From assembly GCA_002633005.1 (NCBI GenBank), contig NMRA01000256.1, positions 1 to 64,000 of the forward strand: a stretch of DNA of 64,000 bases, read 5' to 3'. Shown here one piece after another: positions 38,431 to 50,686 of this stretch. How positions within the stretch are numbered: the first letter of the stretch is position 1; each line of letters opens with the position of its first letter. The position numbers and the translations under genes were made by a program. The stretch comes from Phoronis australis. Its lineage: Eukaryota; Animalia; Phoronida. The notes under the pieces were generated by a model. The model was not told the DNA's origin. It saw nothing but the letters and a program-made list of their open reading frames with translations, and did not search any database.

Positions 38431-39459
38431 GGAATAATCATACATGTACAGTGTCAAGAACTGATAACTACCTTTCTAATAAATTAAATATGACTTATAT
38501 GCAATGAGGTTGAAAAACGGCGGAGTTGCGAAAAGTTTTAGTGACAGTTAAATCCATAAAAATAACCAACACCGGAATAAGTGAACATCGAAAACAGTCG
38601 AGTGAAATAACACAAATTGCGAACAGAAAGTATTGTGACATCGAACTGTTACAATCAGTGAGAGAGACCGTACCCAGACGCTTCAAAAATAGAGAGAAAC
38701 ACCAGATAAACAAATAGGCAATCCTTAGTCCCTCGCCTGACTTGCGAGAGGCTACTGTACAATACTCCCTGCCGGCGGCTCTGTACTAATTTCATCCCCG
38801 CATATTTTAAACGGCTGGTAGTTAAATTCTGTCACCAATAGTAGCAGATTTTCGTTTTCAGTAAGGGGAGTTTAGAATTCGTGCGATTCCGAGGAGCATA
38901 GCACCCAGCGGGGGAGGTCGGGAGGTGGATACTGCCCTCTCGTGTAAGAGTTTTTTTTGGTTTTCGTAGCTGTTTTCGTTTTCCTGGCGAGGTTTTTTTA
39001 TTTTTTAATTTTTGATCCTGTCCCAGTTGGGTTTAAACAACCTGAATCCCCCGTAGATCCACCCCTGACCAATTAAGAGGTCTTCACCAAATCAAATTTT
39101 CATTTTACAGTTTAAAATTGTCACTTAGGCGCTTACTTACTTCCGCTATCTTTTTGTTCTATACGTACACGCATCCACTTTGAAACATGTATATAGGAAT
39201 TAATGTGGTTTGGTTTGTCTTTAACTATTTCACCACGCGTGATTACACGAAAAAAGCATGGACGCCAATATCAACATACATGTATCATCTAATAGATTTA
39301 AACCTTAATGTCAGTGCTGTATTGGGGAGTAGGCGCACGTAGGCGCAGCCAACCACCTTTTGGCATTTGAACGTAGCGCCTTCGCACTGAAAGTTACTTT
39401 CAGTGCTCAAGGTGATACGGTGGGCTTTGGGCGCCTACTTACCACTAATTTTACCACTA

Positions 39460-40812
39460 CAGGCGTCGATGCACTCACTGTACGACAGTCCTTCAATAGC
39501 AGTGTGCTTTGTCGCAAAGACTGCGAAACGAAAACGCAAATACATAAAACAGACACCCATCTATGGAAATAAAACGCCGTCTTCGTACACGAAGCTGAAA
39601 GAAGCTGACTTAGATAACGACATTTGTCATTGGTTTTGCCTAACAGAACAAACACCAATGGACATGTCACCTTTTCTTTACTCTGTCGCTTACTGCATGC
39701 AAATAATGAAAGTATCGAGTCATTTCTCATCAAAAGTCCTACAGATGAGCACAGAAACTTCTTTTATTTTTTGGCACTTTCACTCCAGCTGATAAGCGAA
39801 GTAGCGCAAGAAAAAGAGTAAAAATAAAACAAGAATGACCCTTTTCACCCCAAAACCACCACTTCCTTGCCTATGCTCAACAGACGCCAACACTAGATTC
39901 TAAAGGAAAATTTAAAAATGTTGTAGAAAAGTGTTGTCGATGAATTAGACGTTTGCAATTCTGGCTTGTTTTAGGGCCACCTGAAATTGCAGTCGATTTT
40001 TCAGTAGCTACTCAACAATGCACAAATGCAATAGGGACCGACGTCTTCAATAAACTGATCTGAACAGGTGTTTTTTATTCTCATTCTCGTCATGTTAACA
40101 AATACAAAGAAACCAGATTCACTGAGCCAACATGCAACGCTTGTCTCGAAACTGCCCCCAAAAATCTGACCAACCCAGGACTGGAATTGCTTGGCAGTGC
40201 TAATTGGCAGCGGCTCCAGCCCAACTTTTCAGTGCCATCTAATCACTGCTCTCAAAACTGGACTTGAAACTTTACTTGGCAAGCTTTGAATAAAGTTACA
40301 CAAAGTTGAACCAAATTTTATGGAGTGATTATGCTACGTGGTTGATTCACTTTGTAGTCTGAGTCTGAGTCGAGTACAAGGTGGACAATGCTTGGCTTGG
40401 CTACAACTTCAAAATACATCTCAGAAATGAATGAACGAATTCATACATGTATGAAACATTTTGATGCTATGGTATGATTTCAAAACCAATTTTAGGATTT
40501 GTTTTTAAATGTTCCAGTTTTGCACGAATGGCTATCAAAAACAGAATTTTTGTGGTTTTCGTGAACAAACTTAACAATTGTATAAAACGAAATCGAAACT
40601 TCAATTTCGACAACTGTGACAGCGTTTTCGAGATTTCATCTTGAACATCAACATCAAACAAAATTTGGTCATATTGTTGACATTATTGTTTTGTTATGAT
40701 GGTACCATTCTTTTTGACAACTTTTACAGACATGATCAGGTGACACAATTAACGTTAGATTGGTATAAAGACAAAAATCAGACTTCATACTTTCAGAAAT
40801 ACATGTATATAG
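39460..40812. repeat. Diverged paralogue of WSC-gene intron (about 11055-11240 and 13220-14029)
   Basis: Shared blocks cactcactgtacgaca, aatgcacaaatgcaataggg, ggagtgattatgc..gtggttgattca, catcaaacaaaatttggtcatattg. Confidence 0.9.
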
Positions 40813-41171
40813 CACATCAAGCACCTCATCTCGCAAAGTTTTGTCATACCATAATCTCCATCAACCACCATTTCGGTTTTGCCCCCGCAATGTTTTACGA
40901 TCAACAGTTTCGCCAATTGCGCTCAGCTACCCGTGTCCCTTGGGAAACCACCAATATGGAACTCTGGAATCAGGTTATCCTGCAATCTCACAAAATTTCA
41001 TCTCCCTCTAAGTACTCCAATTCCATCCGAACTAACTAACCCAGTCCTTTCGTTCCCACTTTCTCCAACCACGTTCAGCTGCCTCACACCCCAGCGGTTT
41101 CTGCCGGAGGTTCAACTCCGCATTCTGCCCAAAACAGCACTGTCGCTACCTCCACCGCTGTATCACTTGCA

Positions 41172-42790
41172 ATGACCTCCACCCCACCTCTGCTTGCCCT
41201 ATCTCCTCCCATCCCCAACCCACACCACGAACCACCTCCACCGCCACCCGACCTTCCAACACCTCTAAAAATACATAAACTTGAACCATATCTCCTTAGT
41301 TATACATCCGCCCTTACTGTTCGCATCATTCATGGTTTCACTTATGGTTTCCGTATCGGTGTTTCCTCTATGTTGTCCTCCCCACCTACTCATAACCACC
41401 CATCTGCGGTCCTCAACTCTGCTGTGATTGAACACACAGTACAGCACGAGGTTGACTGTGGCCGCTACTCCGGACCCCACCAGTACCCTCCATTCGACAA
41501 TTTCATCACTTCCCCTTTGGGGCTTATACCTAAGAAAGACTCCGGTAAATTTCGCCTTATCCACAACCTTTCATACCCATCTCGGGATTCCGATACCGTT
41601 AATTCTCATATTCCCTTATCCTTCTCTCAGGTTCACTATGAAACCATTGAAAACGCCATGTTTCTAGTCCGCCGCTCCGGCCACAATTCTCTCATGGCTA
41701 AAACAGACATAAAGGATGCCTTCCGTCTTGTTCCCATACACCCTTCTGACTATAGTTTCCTTGGGTTTGTTTGGGCCGGTCAATATTATTTCGACCGTTG
41801 TCTTCCCTTTGGTCTTTCTTCCTCATGCAACATATTCCAACTCATCAGCTCATCCTTCCAATGGATTCTTCAAAATAAACTCAATGTCCCAGGGTGGCCC
41901 ACCTCCTTGATGATTTCTTTTGTTTCGGCCCCCCTAATTCCCCCTTATGTTCTTCTTATCTCCGCACATTTCTCACCTTTTGTGAAGAAATCGGCGTCCC
42001 CATCAATCACCACGAGACCGTCCTTCCAACGACCTCCATCACTATCTACGGTATTCAACTAGACTCAAAATCCATGATGGCTTCCCTTCCCCAGGACAAA
42101 CTCAACAAGGTCCTACATCTCCTCCAGTCCTTCCAGCATAAAAGGTCAGTCTTACTACGTGACCTTCAGTCTCTCATTGGTTTTCTCAATTTCGCTTGCC
42201 TTGTCATCATTCCCGGTCGAGCTTTCCTCCGTCTCCTCATCGATCTCACGCTTGGCATATCTCAGCTGCCTCATCACGTCACTCTCACCAAAGAATCCCG
42301 TGCTGACATTCGCGCTTGGCTTACATTCTTCCACTCCTTCAACGGCAAATCCATGTTCCTTTTCGAGCATTGGACCTCTTCTCAATCACTCAAACTGTAT
42401 ACTGACTCGGCCTCGGTCCACGGGGGATTTGACGCGGTTTGCGGTTCTAATTGGCTTTCTGGTCCTTGGCCCTCATCCATCTCTCATTTCCCCATCACTT
42501 TCAAGGAGCTCTTCCCCATTGTTCTTGCCTTAGAAATCTGGGGACCCAAACTTGCTAACCAACGTATTCTTTTCATGTGCGACCATTCCGTGGTGCATAT
42601 CATCAATAAGACTTCCTCTAAGGACCCTGACATTATGCGCCTCGTCCGACTCCTGGTCCTCTGTACCCTACACCATAATATCCATTTCAAGGCCAAACAC
42701 ATCCCTGGCAAAACTAATTTCATTGCCGATAAGTTGTCTCGCTTTCTTTTCCAGGATGCTTTTCCATGGCTCCATGGCTCTCTCCAACAC
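41172..42790 (+). pseudogene. Ngaro/DIRS pol (RT-RNase H), frameshift near 41890
   Basis: GLIPKKDSGKFRLIHNLSYP, AKTDIKDAFRLVP, LPFGLSSS, HLLDDF, LYTDSAS, ITFKELFPI, HIPGKTNFIADKLSR. Confidence 0.92.
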
Positions 42791-43749
42791 CGCCCACAGT
42801 TCCACAGCACCTCCTTACGTTCTGACTTCGCTCCTCCAGTCGTCTCTTGCCCCATCAACCATTTCAACTTACCGCCGCGCCCTTTCACATTTCCTCCACT
42901 ACCATTCATTATCAGCATGCCCCTTGCCTGTGTTTCCCGTCTCCACATCGACCTTAGCTTCTTACATAGCACATCTCTTCTCGTCTGGCTTAACTGCATC
43001 TACCGTCTCTACCTATGTCTCCGCCATCGGTTTCATTCATAAACTGGACTCCTTGCCTGACCCTACCTCCTCTTTTCTGGTCAAGAAAATTTTGAAAGGG
43101 GTGACCAATTCGCGGCCATCCGTGGACACCCGGCTCCCCATAACTACACCTATTCTTCACCGCCTTCTCAACGCCCTGCCCTCTGCTCTCAACTCTCATT
43201 TCCATGCATCTCTCTGTGCCGCTATGTTTTCCACAGCCTTTCACACCTTCCTTCGTGTTAGCGAATTTACTGTCGCCACCTCTGCCTCATCCCCATTCTC
43301 TGTCCTCCAGGTCTCTGATGTCTCAGTCACTTCTTCGTCCATGTCTCTCACTATCTCCCACTTCAAACATCACGATCACACTCCTAACATTCTCGTTATC
43401 CCCCGTTCTACCGATCCCCCATTGCCCTGTTGCAACCCTTCAACGCTACCTCACTCTCTCCAACCACTCTTCCGGCCCTCTCTTCCAGTTACCTCATGGT
43501 TCCCCCATAACTCGCTCTTACTTCCCTCGCCACCTTAACTTGGTACTTGGGTGCGTCGGTCTCGATCCTCAACGCTATAAATCCCATAGTTTTTGTATTG
43601 GTGCAGCCACCTCCGCTGCTACCCTCCAAATTCCGGACTCCATCATTCAACGTATGGGTCGCTGGAAGTCTGACGCGCTCGAGAACTACATTCGTCTCTC
43701 CTCCTTAAACTTGCCCGTTGCTAACGTTCCCACTCCTTCATTGCCATGA
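42790..43749 (+). pseudogene. Ngaro/DIRS tyrosine recombinase, frameshift near 43415 and catalytic H-x-x-R changed to HSFC
   Basis: SLAPSTISTY, DTRLPIT, FLRVSE, HFK, CPV, YKSHSFCIGAAT, GRWKSDA..YIR. Confidence 0.9.
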
Positions 43750-44340
43750 TCATCCACCACCCAGGGGCAGCTCTACAGTCAGTGCTTCCCCTCCTTACAC
43801 CGCCTCTTCATCCTGNNNNNNNNNNNNNNNNNNNNNNNNNNNNNNNNNNNNNNNNNNNNNNNNNNNNNNNNNNNNNNNNNNNNNNNNNNNNNNNNNNNNN
43901 NNNNNNNNNNNNNNNNNNNNNNNNNNNNNNNNNNNNNNNNNNNNNNNNNNNNNNNNNNNNNNNNNNNNNNNNNNNNNNNNNNNNNNNNNNNNNNNNNNNN
44001 NNNNNNNNNNNNNNNNNNNNCCCCTCACTCACCACTCCCTTTTCATCGCCGGACAACTGTATTGCCAGTGTCTCTTTCACTCACACCATTTATCACCCTC
44101 GGACGCCTGTATTGCCAGTGTCCTAATTCCCTTATTCCCCATTTTCATTGGCACGCCCTTTCCACTCACCTTTTTGAGGTTCTCCCTCCCGGGCAGTCTT
44201 TCCCGCTTCTTTTATATTTGTTGTTGGTTTACCTCATCCCCTATTATGGGTTATCCTCTACTTAGCTTTTTTTCCATACTTTATATAGTTTTACTTTTGC
44301 CGGGGCCTCCTTTTGCTGATGCTTATCTGTATGTTGTTTG

Positions 44341-45800
44341 TACATGTCACCGTTTTTGTTTCCTTATACCTATATAGACAGCATGCTTTTGGTAGGTTGA
44401 TATGTCCCTTATGTATATTCCTTAATTTTTATCTATTCATGTTAGCTTTATATTCCACTGGGTTTCAATTACTATGGTTTCGCCACCTTGTTTTGTCGCT
44501 CCATGATTTTGTTTTTATTGTGTCATGCTACCTAGCTGTACCACTCCATGTTTGCATTTTCCTTTTACGGGCTTACTTTTGCACCGTTTTCTTATGCTAC
44601 TTTTGTCAGCCACGCTCGCTCTCCCTTGGGTGGGCGGATGCATCCTTCTGCTGCATCTGTGGCAGATTGTCACCCACCTTTACAGTTCAACATGTTATAT
44701 AACTTTTGTAATTACTGATATCTGTAGTAGTTTAGTTTGTCATAATAGATATGACCTTTTATTTCAACTACACATGTTGTTTCACTGTAAACTAGCTTCG
44801 GTATCGCTTCGCAGTTAGCGCATATAAATAGGTTTTACTCTGCGTCATAGCTCGTGGCGTACCCCGGGCAAAATAGATTACGATAAATAGGTTTACTTTT
44901 GACGGTCCCACCGTTTGCTGTTACTCTTCATACATGTCACCGTTTCTGTTTACTTTTGCTTATATAGACAGCGTGCTTTTTGTTGTTGCTATGTTCCTTA
45001 TGTATATTCCTTGGTTTTTATCTATTCATGTTAGACTTATATTCCTCTGGGTTTCAGTTCCTATGATTTAGACACCTTGTTATGTCGCTCTATAATTTTG
45101 TTTTGTTTTGTCATGCTGCCTAGCTGTACCGCTCTATGTTCGTACTTTCCTGTTTACGTGCTTACTTTTGCCCTCTTTTTTCTTATGTCCGTTTTGTCAG
45201 CCTCGCTCGCTCTCCCTTGGGTGGGCGGATGCATCTTTCTGCTGCATCTTTGGCAGATTGTCACCCACCTTTACAGTTCAACATATTATGTAACTTTTGT
45301 AATTACCGATATCTGTAGTAGTTTAGTTTGTCATAATATATATGACCTTTTATCCCATCTACACGTGTTGTTTCACTGTAAACTAGCTTCGGTATCGCTT
45401 CGCAGTTAGCGCATATAAAAATTATTTAAGTATTAAATTATTTTTTGTAAGCTATACTGCTTCGTTCTCATTATCATATTGTTTGGATTCTCGGGTCAGT
45501 GACAATCTTTGTTCTACGATTATTGCTTAAATTGTACCACGTGATCTCTTTGTCTCGTCGCAACACTGGGCCATCGTCCACAATTCTCTCCAAATTTCAG
45601 TTTGCACTCAATTTCTCTTTCCCTCCCTCCCGCAAACCAATTTTCCTTTACAGTTCAACATATTATGTAACTTTTTGTAATTACCGATATCTGTAGTAGT
45701 TTAGTTTGTCATAATATATATGACCTTTTATCTCATCTACACGTGTTGTTTCACTGTAAACTAGTTTCGGTATCGCTTCGCAGTTAGCGCATATAAATAG
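44341..45800 (+). repeat. 3' direct repeats of the Ngaro element: 44341-44831, 44931-45419, partial 45645-45800
   Basis: Each unit ends cggtatcgcttcgcagttagcgcatataaa. Confidence 0.9.
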
Positions 45801-45989
45801 TTTTATTGAACTGAAATTTTGTATGCATTTAACTAAAGATACATCTTTGTCTATTAAGTCCAGGGTCTAAATAACCTGAATACTTTGAAGTCTGAAACGG
45901 AGAATTTGCGAATTATTCTGTTTTTTGTGGAACTTTAAATATTTATCCTGTACACACATAAATCAGTAAATTTGGCACTCATTTTTCAC

Positions 45990-46094
45990 CCAGGTCGCAG
46001 TCTTTTATGTCATACATGCATGTACAGTTGTAGTTGTCAATGAGATCAGTGCAGCTGGCGCCATTTTTGCACGGCGACGAATTACAGGTATTGG
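45990..46094 (-). pseudogene. Orphan EGF exon, paralogue of 14231-14341
   Basis: AG/GT intact; NTCNSSPCKNGASCTDLIDNYNCTCMYDIKDCDL, 6 nt shorter; flanks align to about 14030-15145. Confidence 0.85.
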
Positions 46095-46281
46095 CTGAAA
46101 AAGAGCAATCGACAATCGTTATGTACCTGAAATAATTATGGTATGCTATCTTTGGTGTGAAAACATATTCATATTTCTTTACGTTAATGATATGGACTCC
46201 GCAAGTATTCGTTTACAATTTTGAAATTGTTTCGGTTGCGTCAGTAAAACTAATATATTACTCTTGCTTTATTATGTCGCT

Positions 46282-46439
46282 ATTAGGGGCGGATCCAGGA
46301 TTTTTATTTACGGGCGCCAGGCAGAGTTTTAGCCAGGATTTTGCCCGTCAGACGTTCGCAGGCCCGAATTGCAAAATGGAATCTGGGAGAGTTTTAGGGG
46401 GGCCATGGGCTAATTGGCCCCCCTCTAAATTCGCCACTG
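46282..46439. mobile_element. About 160-bp MITE
   Basis: Ends taggggcggat / attcgccactg, flanked by gctat on both sides; absent at the paralogous site near 14525; copy at about 54400-54557. Confidence 0.7.
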
Positions 46440-49400
46440 GCTATCTAATCGATTTCCATTCATTCAACTTCAAATGTTTGAGTTCAAATACACAAGCAGT
46501 TTTACCGTGGTTGAGTTATGCAAGAGCAATTTTTATCAAGACGCTATCAAATAGGGATTAGCTAGTGTTTCTTACATTTTATTTCACGAGGAAATCCCGT
46601 ACTGCGCAATAGATTCGTGACATACTTGTCAATTAGAACGACACTAAGCCATGTTTCATCCTTTTCATACAAATCTGCATAAGTTACTGCTCCACCCCTA
46701 CTTGTACTTCCAAAGCACTGTTCAAGGGCGGACTGTTTTCTTAAAGGAGACAGTCAGACTTGAAACTTCCTTTATGAAGAACCTCTTGATCGATAACAGG
46801 GCTCTCGTGTTTTTAGCGCAGGTATTTAGTGCAATGGGTCCAGCCATGAGGCCTGTGCACGCCTGATGCACAGCAAATGACATCAAACCACTTTCATTCT
46901 TTTTATTGTTAAATATTTATTATTCATCATTAGTGTATCCTGAGAGTTTGAAGTGGGAGGGGCTTTTCACAGAGCCCCCGCGTCACCCGCATAAAGCATG
47001 AGTCACAATTGCCAATTTAGCGGAACATGTAAAGATTTTTAAAACCTGGGCCACAATTTTGAGTGTTGACGACAGTTACAAGGTATTGTCTCGAATAAGA
47101 GATACATCGCCTATGGTGCCGTAAGCTCCCCTGTACAGGGCAGCGTTAATGGACCAACTATGTCCCGAGCGCCTACCGAATATATAGTCTAGTTTTTCCC
47201 AACCCGTGCAGAAATAATATGATTCAGTTCCTCGTCCGAATATGGCGTAAGTTAAGACATTACAACAGACTGTGGCCTAAAATAAAAAGTTTGCCTGCGA
47301 TCAAAGACCGTCCTGAATTCTTGCACTTGAACTGGAGATTCCGTCAAGACTGACACGAAGGATATTGTAGGGTCGGGCCGAAATGACACGACTGTCACGT
47401 GAGCACTTGAAGAGGGTGTCATCTTTCTTCACAGGCCCAGTGTCATGTACAATACTCGGTAGACAGCGATTCCAATATTCAGTTTCATTTCATTTCTTAC
47501 TACTATTGAATGATTTTAAATCGCGTTTTCGGTGTCGACTTTGTGACTTAGAAGAAAGGCAATCTCTTTAAAATACACTTTTCCCTTTATACTTACAGAA
47601 CATGAACTGTTCTCGCGATACACCGACAAAATGGCATCTGCACGCACAGTTGAATGACACTGACTTACTATTTGCAAAAACATACAGTGTTGTAATTTTA
47701 CAAGGGGTGAAACTCAGTGTGTGTTCTTAATAGTGTAACAAGCACATTTAACAGGCAAATCAACTAAACATGGACCAAGATTGTCATGAACAATAGCACG
47801 ACCGATCAACCATTATGAAACTACGGGATAGAAAAGGGCGACTTTGGTGAAGTTAAATAAATTACACCCCTTCTCTTTTGGGAAATGCCCTGTTAATCTC
47901 ATACAATCCTTTCATTTTACTATTGATGCTATTGTCGTTTCTACTCGTTACCCGATTATCAACTGACTGCCGCGTCCATTTCTCCTTCAATGAGGGCTCC
48001 CATCGACTTAATGTCAACGAGGCGACTGATCACGTGTGACCGGATATTAGTAGCGTCTAGGGATGTGGAGACTTGTTTAAAACGCATGTCTAATCACATA
48101 CGCTCTAAAATGGACTGTTCACGAAGTCCAAAATGTTTCCCTCTACCACCCGTTGAGAAGTACCTCCTTGTACAGTCAGGTCGCGACGATAAGTCACCGG
48201 TCCCACGTCATCAGTCCCCTTGCTTCCTGAAAGTTTCGAACCTACCACATACCTTTCTGACTTGTGAACATAAAATCTGAAGATATATTATCACACTCCA
48301 ATGTAACGGTTGCATTTTTAGACATTGTATTTGTATTATATTTTTTACATTCTTCACGTAAAAAATAAATCTGAAACTAAATAAGGCTACCCAGATCCTC
48401 CCAAGGATACTATTGTTTCACGAAATGTAGAATATAAATAGGTAAATAAAACAACAAGAATGGATCAACTGAAATTTTCGAATGTAATAACGTCCTTTGT
48501 CAACATAAACAGAAATAAAGTAAAATCAAACACTATGTGACAATTGACATTTAAGATATGGTATGTATACATAAGAATAACACAATTACGCAGGTTTGAA
48601 ATTTTATTTGTGACATATGCTTGAAAACCATGTGCACCAAGAATACAAACTAACATGTGAACATACAAACAAACCCGGTTTGGCACTTACTGCATACTTG
48701 TGAACAATCTTGCATAGTATAAAAATATTTTTCCAATATGGTTTCCATAAAAGAGAAACATAAAGTCAGTCGGACTTACCAAAATGACTTCACAAGAGTT
48801 AGCCAATTTTCTCTAAAACAAATAGTCAAGAACAATGTTATTCAAATCTTTCTGTTACCACAGTAACTGGCAAATTGTAAGTTGGACAGATACCTCTTAC
48901 CCACATACTGAAAAATCATGAAGTCAATCAACAAAATACATGCATGTCATGGATTGTTTTGAGCAAAATTGTAAACATCGCATAATAATCACTCTTAAAG
49001 TTATCAAAAATCAACAACAGTTAACCAAATAACTGTGATCACTCACAGATTACCATATACAAAATATGCACACAAAATATGGATGGCAATACAAGAAAAA
49101 ATGGATGGCAATACAAGGCACTAATCAGCATCATTATAATTCATCAAAAATGCTCAACACGTTTACCACATCTTGTAATAAAAGCCCATCCAACACACAA
49201 TTACCAACAATGGTGATTATGTTTTGACAATCAAAGCTATACTGAGCAATGCTTCAGAGGGTCAAAAACAGCCAACTTCAATGTAAAATATAATACATAT
49301 TAGCCCCACTGTGAGTCTGACCACAGAACACAAAAAGTGTTTGTGCTCTATTTCACAACTCAGTTCTTGTGAAGCATTCCAAAACAAATGACACTTGCCA

Positions 49401-50617
49401 CAGTGTGAAATGGGATGCCCCGGGTAATAATCATATTACCGAAGCTGCGCTCACTATAACTTTCATTATTAAGTATTAACAAGGACAATCCTAATTACAG
49501 GAAAACAAATACAAGAACACAAAGGCCAAATTAATGATGAAATTGTGCATGTCACACACGATTAAATTCAAAACACGATGCATTAAACCTCAAGACAATT
49601 AACTCAAATATGTGGCAAAGTATGAAATTATTACACTTCATACTTTCTATTCACACAAACATGTACAAAGATGAGCACATGGATCATACTTAGTCACAAC
49701 GATTCCATTTACAGTGTATACCAAAAATGTACTCGCACTTCAGTACTACAGTGCCATAGTTCAAATTCAGTTCTCTCTGCACCTGGGCCTTCTCTATGGT
49801 TACGACTTGCTTTGACAGTAGGTGCATGAAGTGTGACCTAGCCATCATGTGCTTTGTTTTAACGAGAATAACAACTCAATTTCGGAGAATGAAAATTTAT
49901 CGCGCAATGCTATCTGAATCACAAAAACGGCAAGGAATCATAACACACCACTTTTCATCTCAAGTCAATAAACAATGCATTTATTTTGGATAAAAGGCAT
50001 AATTCTTCTTGTGATCACATCTTTATGAAACCAGAAATCTTCTTAATAAACAGTGCAGTTATTGTCGTTTGAAGTGTGAGTACTTTTTTGGATACCACAT
50101 ACTTTTATTACAACAAAAAACATGTCGAACAGTCACAAAAATTCAATGACCTGTCAGATATCCTGCTAAAAGTTGATTGTTAATCAAAAATAGTGTGTAA
50201 CAAAAACAGGTTTGAGATCATTCCATTCTCAGGTAAGAAGTGATACCTGGGGTAGGGAATTACTGACAATTTGTCATAATCAACTCCTGAAGTTGGTCTG
50301 CAAAGAATAATGTCTAATATGTCAAAAAGCAGTATGGCTGATAGAAACAATCCTATGATTTACCGCCAATAAAACATTTTTTGCAAAGTACAAGGAGGTG
50401 ACAACATTGCCCTAAAATATGTACCTGGACGAACAGAACATACTTCAGGGCTTAGCTTAGTTGGAAAGGCATGGTAACTTTCTCTTGTAATTATTCTCAC
50501 ATTGCTCTTCCAACACTTGGACACTCCATGCATGATTCATTGTGCATCCATGGTGATGTAGGTCATTGTTATTATGCAAGGATGCCAGGACCAACACGAC
50601 CTCTGACCTTAGCAGAG

Positions 50618-50686
50618 TTAAGACTGCGGGAACATCAGAGAGAAAGACACATAGATGGGGGTCTCCAACGCTGAGAGATGCAATGT
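50618..50686 (-). pseudogene. BTBD16: Extra copy of the BTBD16-like terminal exon inside the gap-bounded repeat
   Basis: TLHLSALETPIYVSFSLMFPQS*, same peptide as 58729-58797; may be a redundantly assembled allele. Confidence 0.6.

Larger units (their letters stand above)
40813..45800 (+). mobile_element. Ngaro/DIRS-type tyrosine-recombinase retrotransposon, 5'-truncated
   Basis: gag end (YDQQFR..W..LW; CRRFN...C...C..H.C..C...H....C zinc fingers), RT, RNase H, YR, then direct repeats; boundaries fixed by the empty paralogous site at 14029/14030. Confidence 0.93.

Noticed and set aside
40641-41039. 132-aa ORF with a hydrophobic start
   Set aside because: Chance fusion of host intron-derived sequence and truncated Ngaro gag across the 40812/40813 junction
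43718-44377. Long ORFs containing X runs (also 51512-52495)
   Set aside because: Artefacts of reading through N gaps at 43816-44020 and 51624-52138
48180-48240. Minus-strand CTGATGA, possible hammerhead core
   Set aside because: No downstream stem II plus GAAA; the paralogue near 25980 lacks the motif
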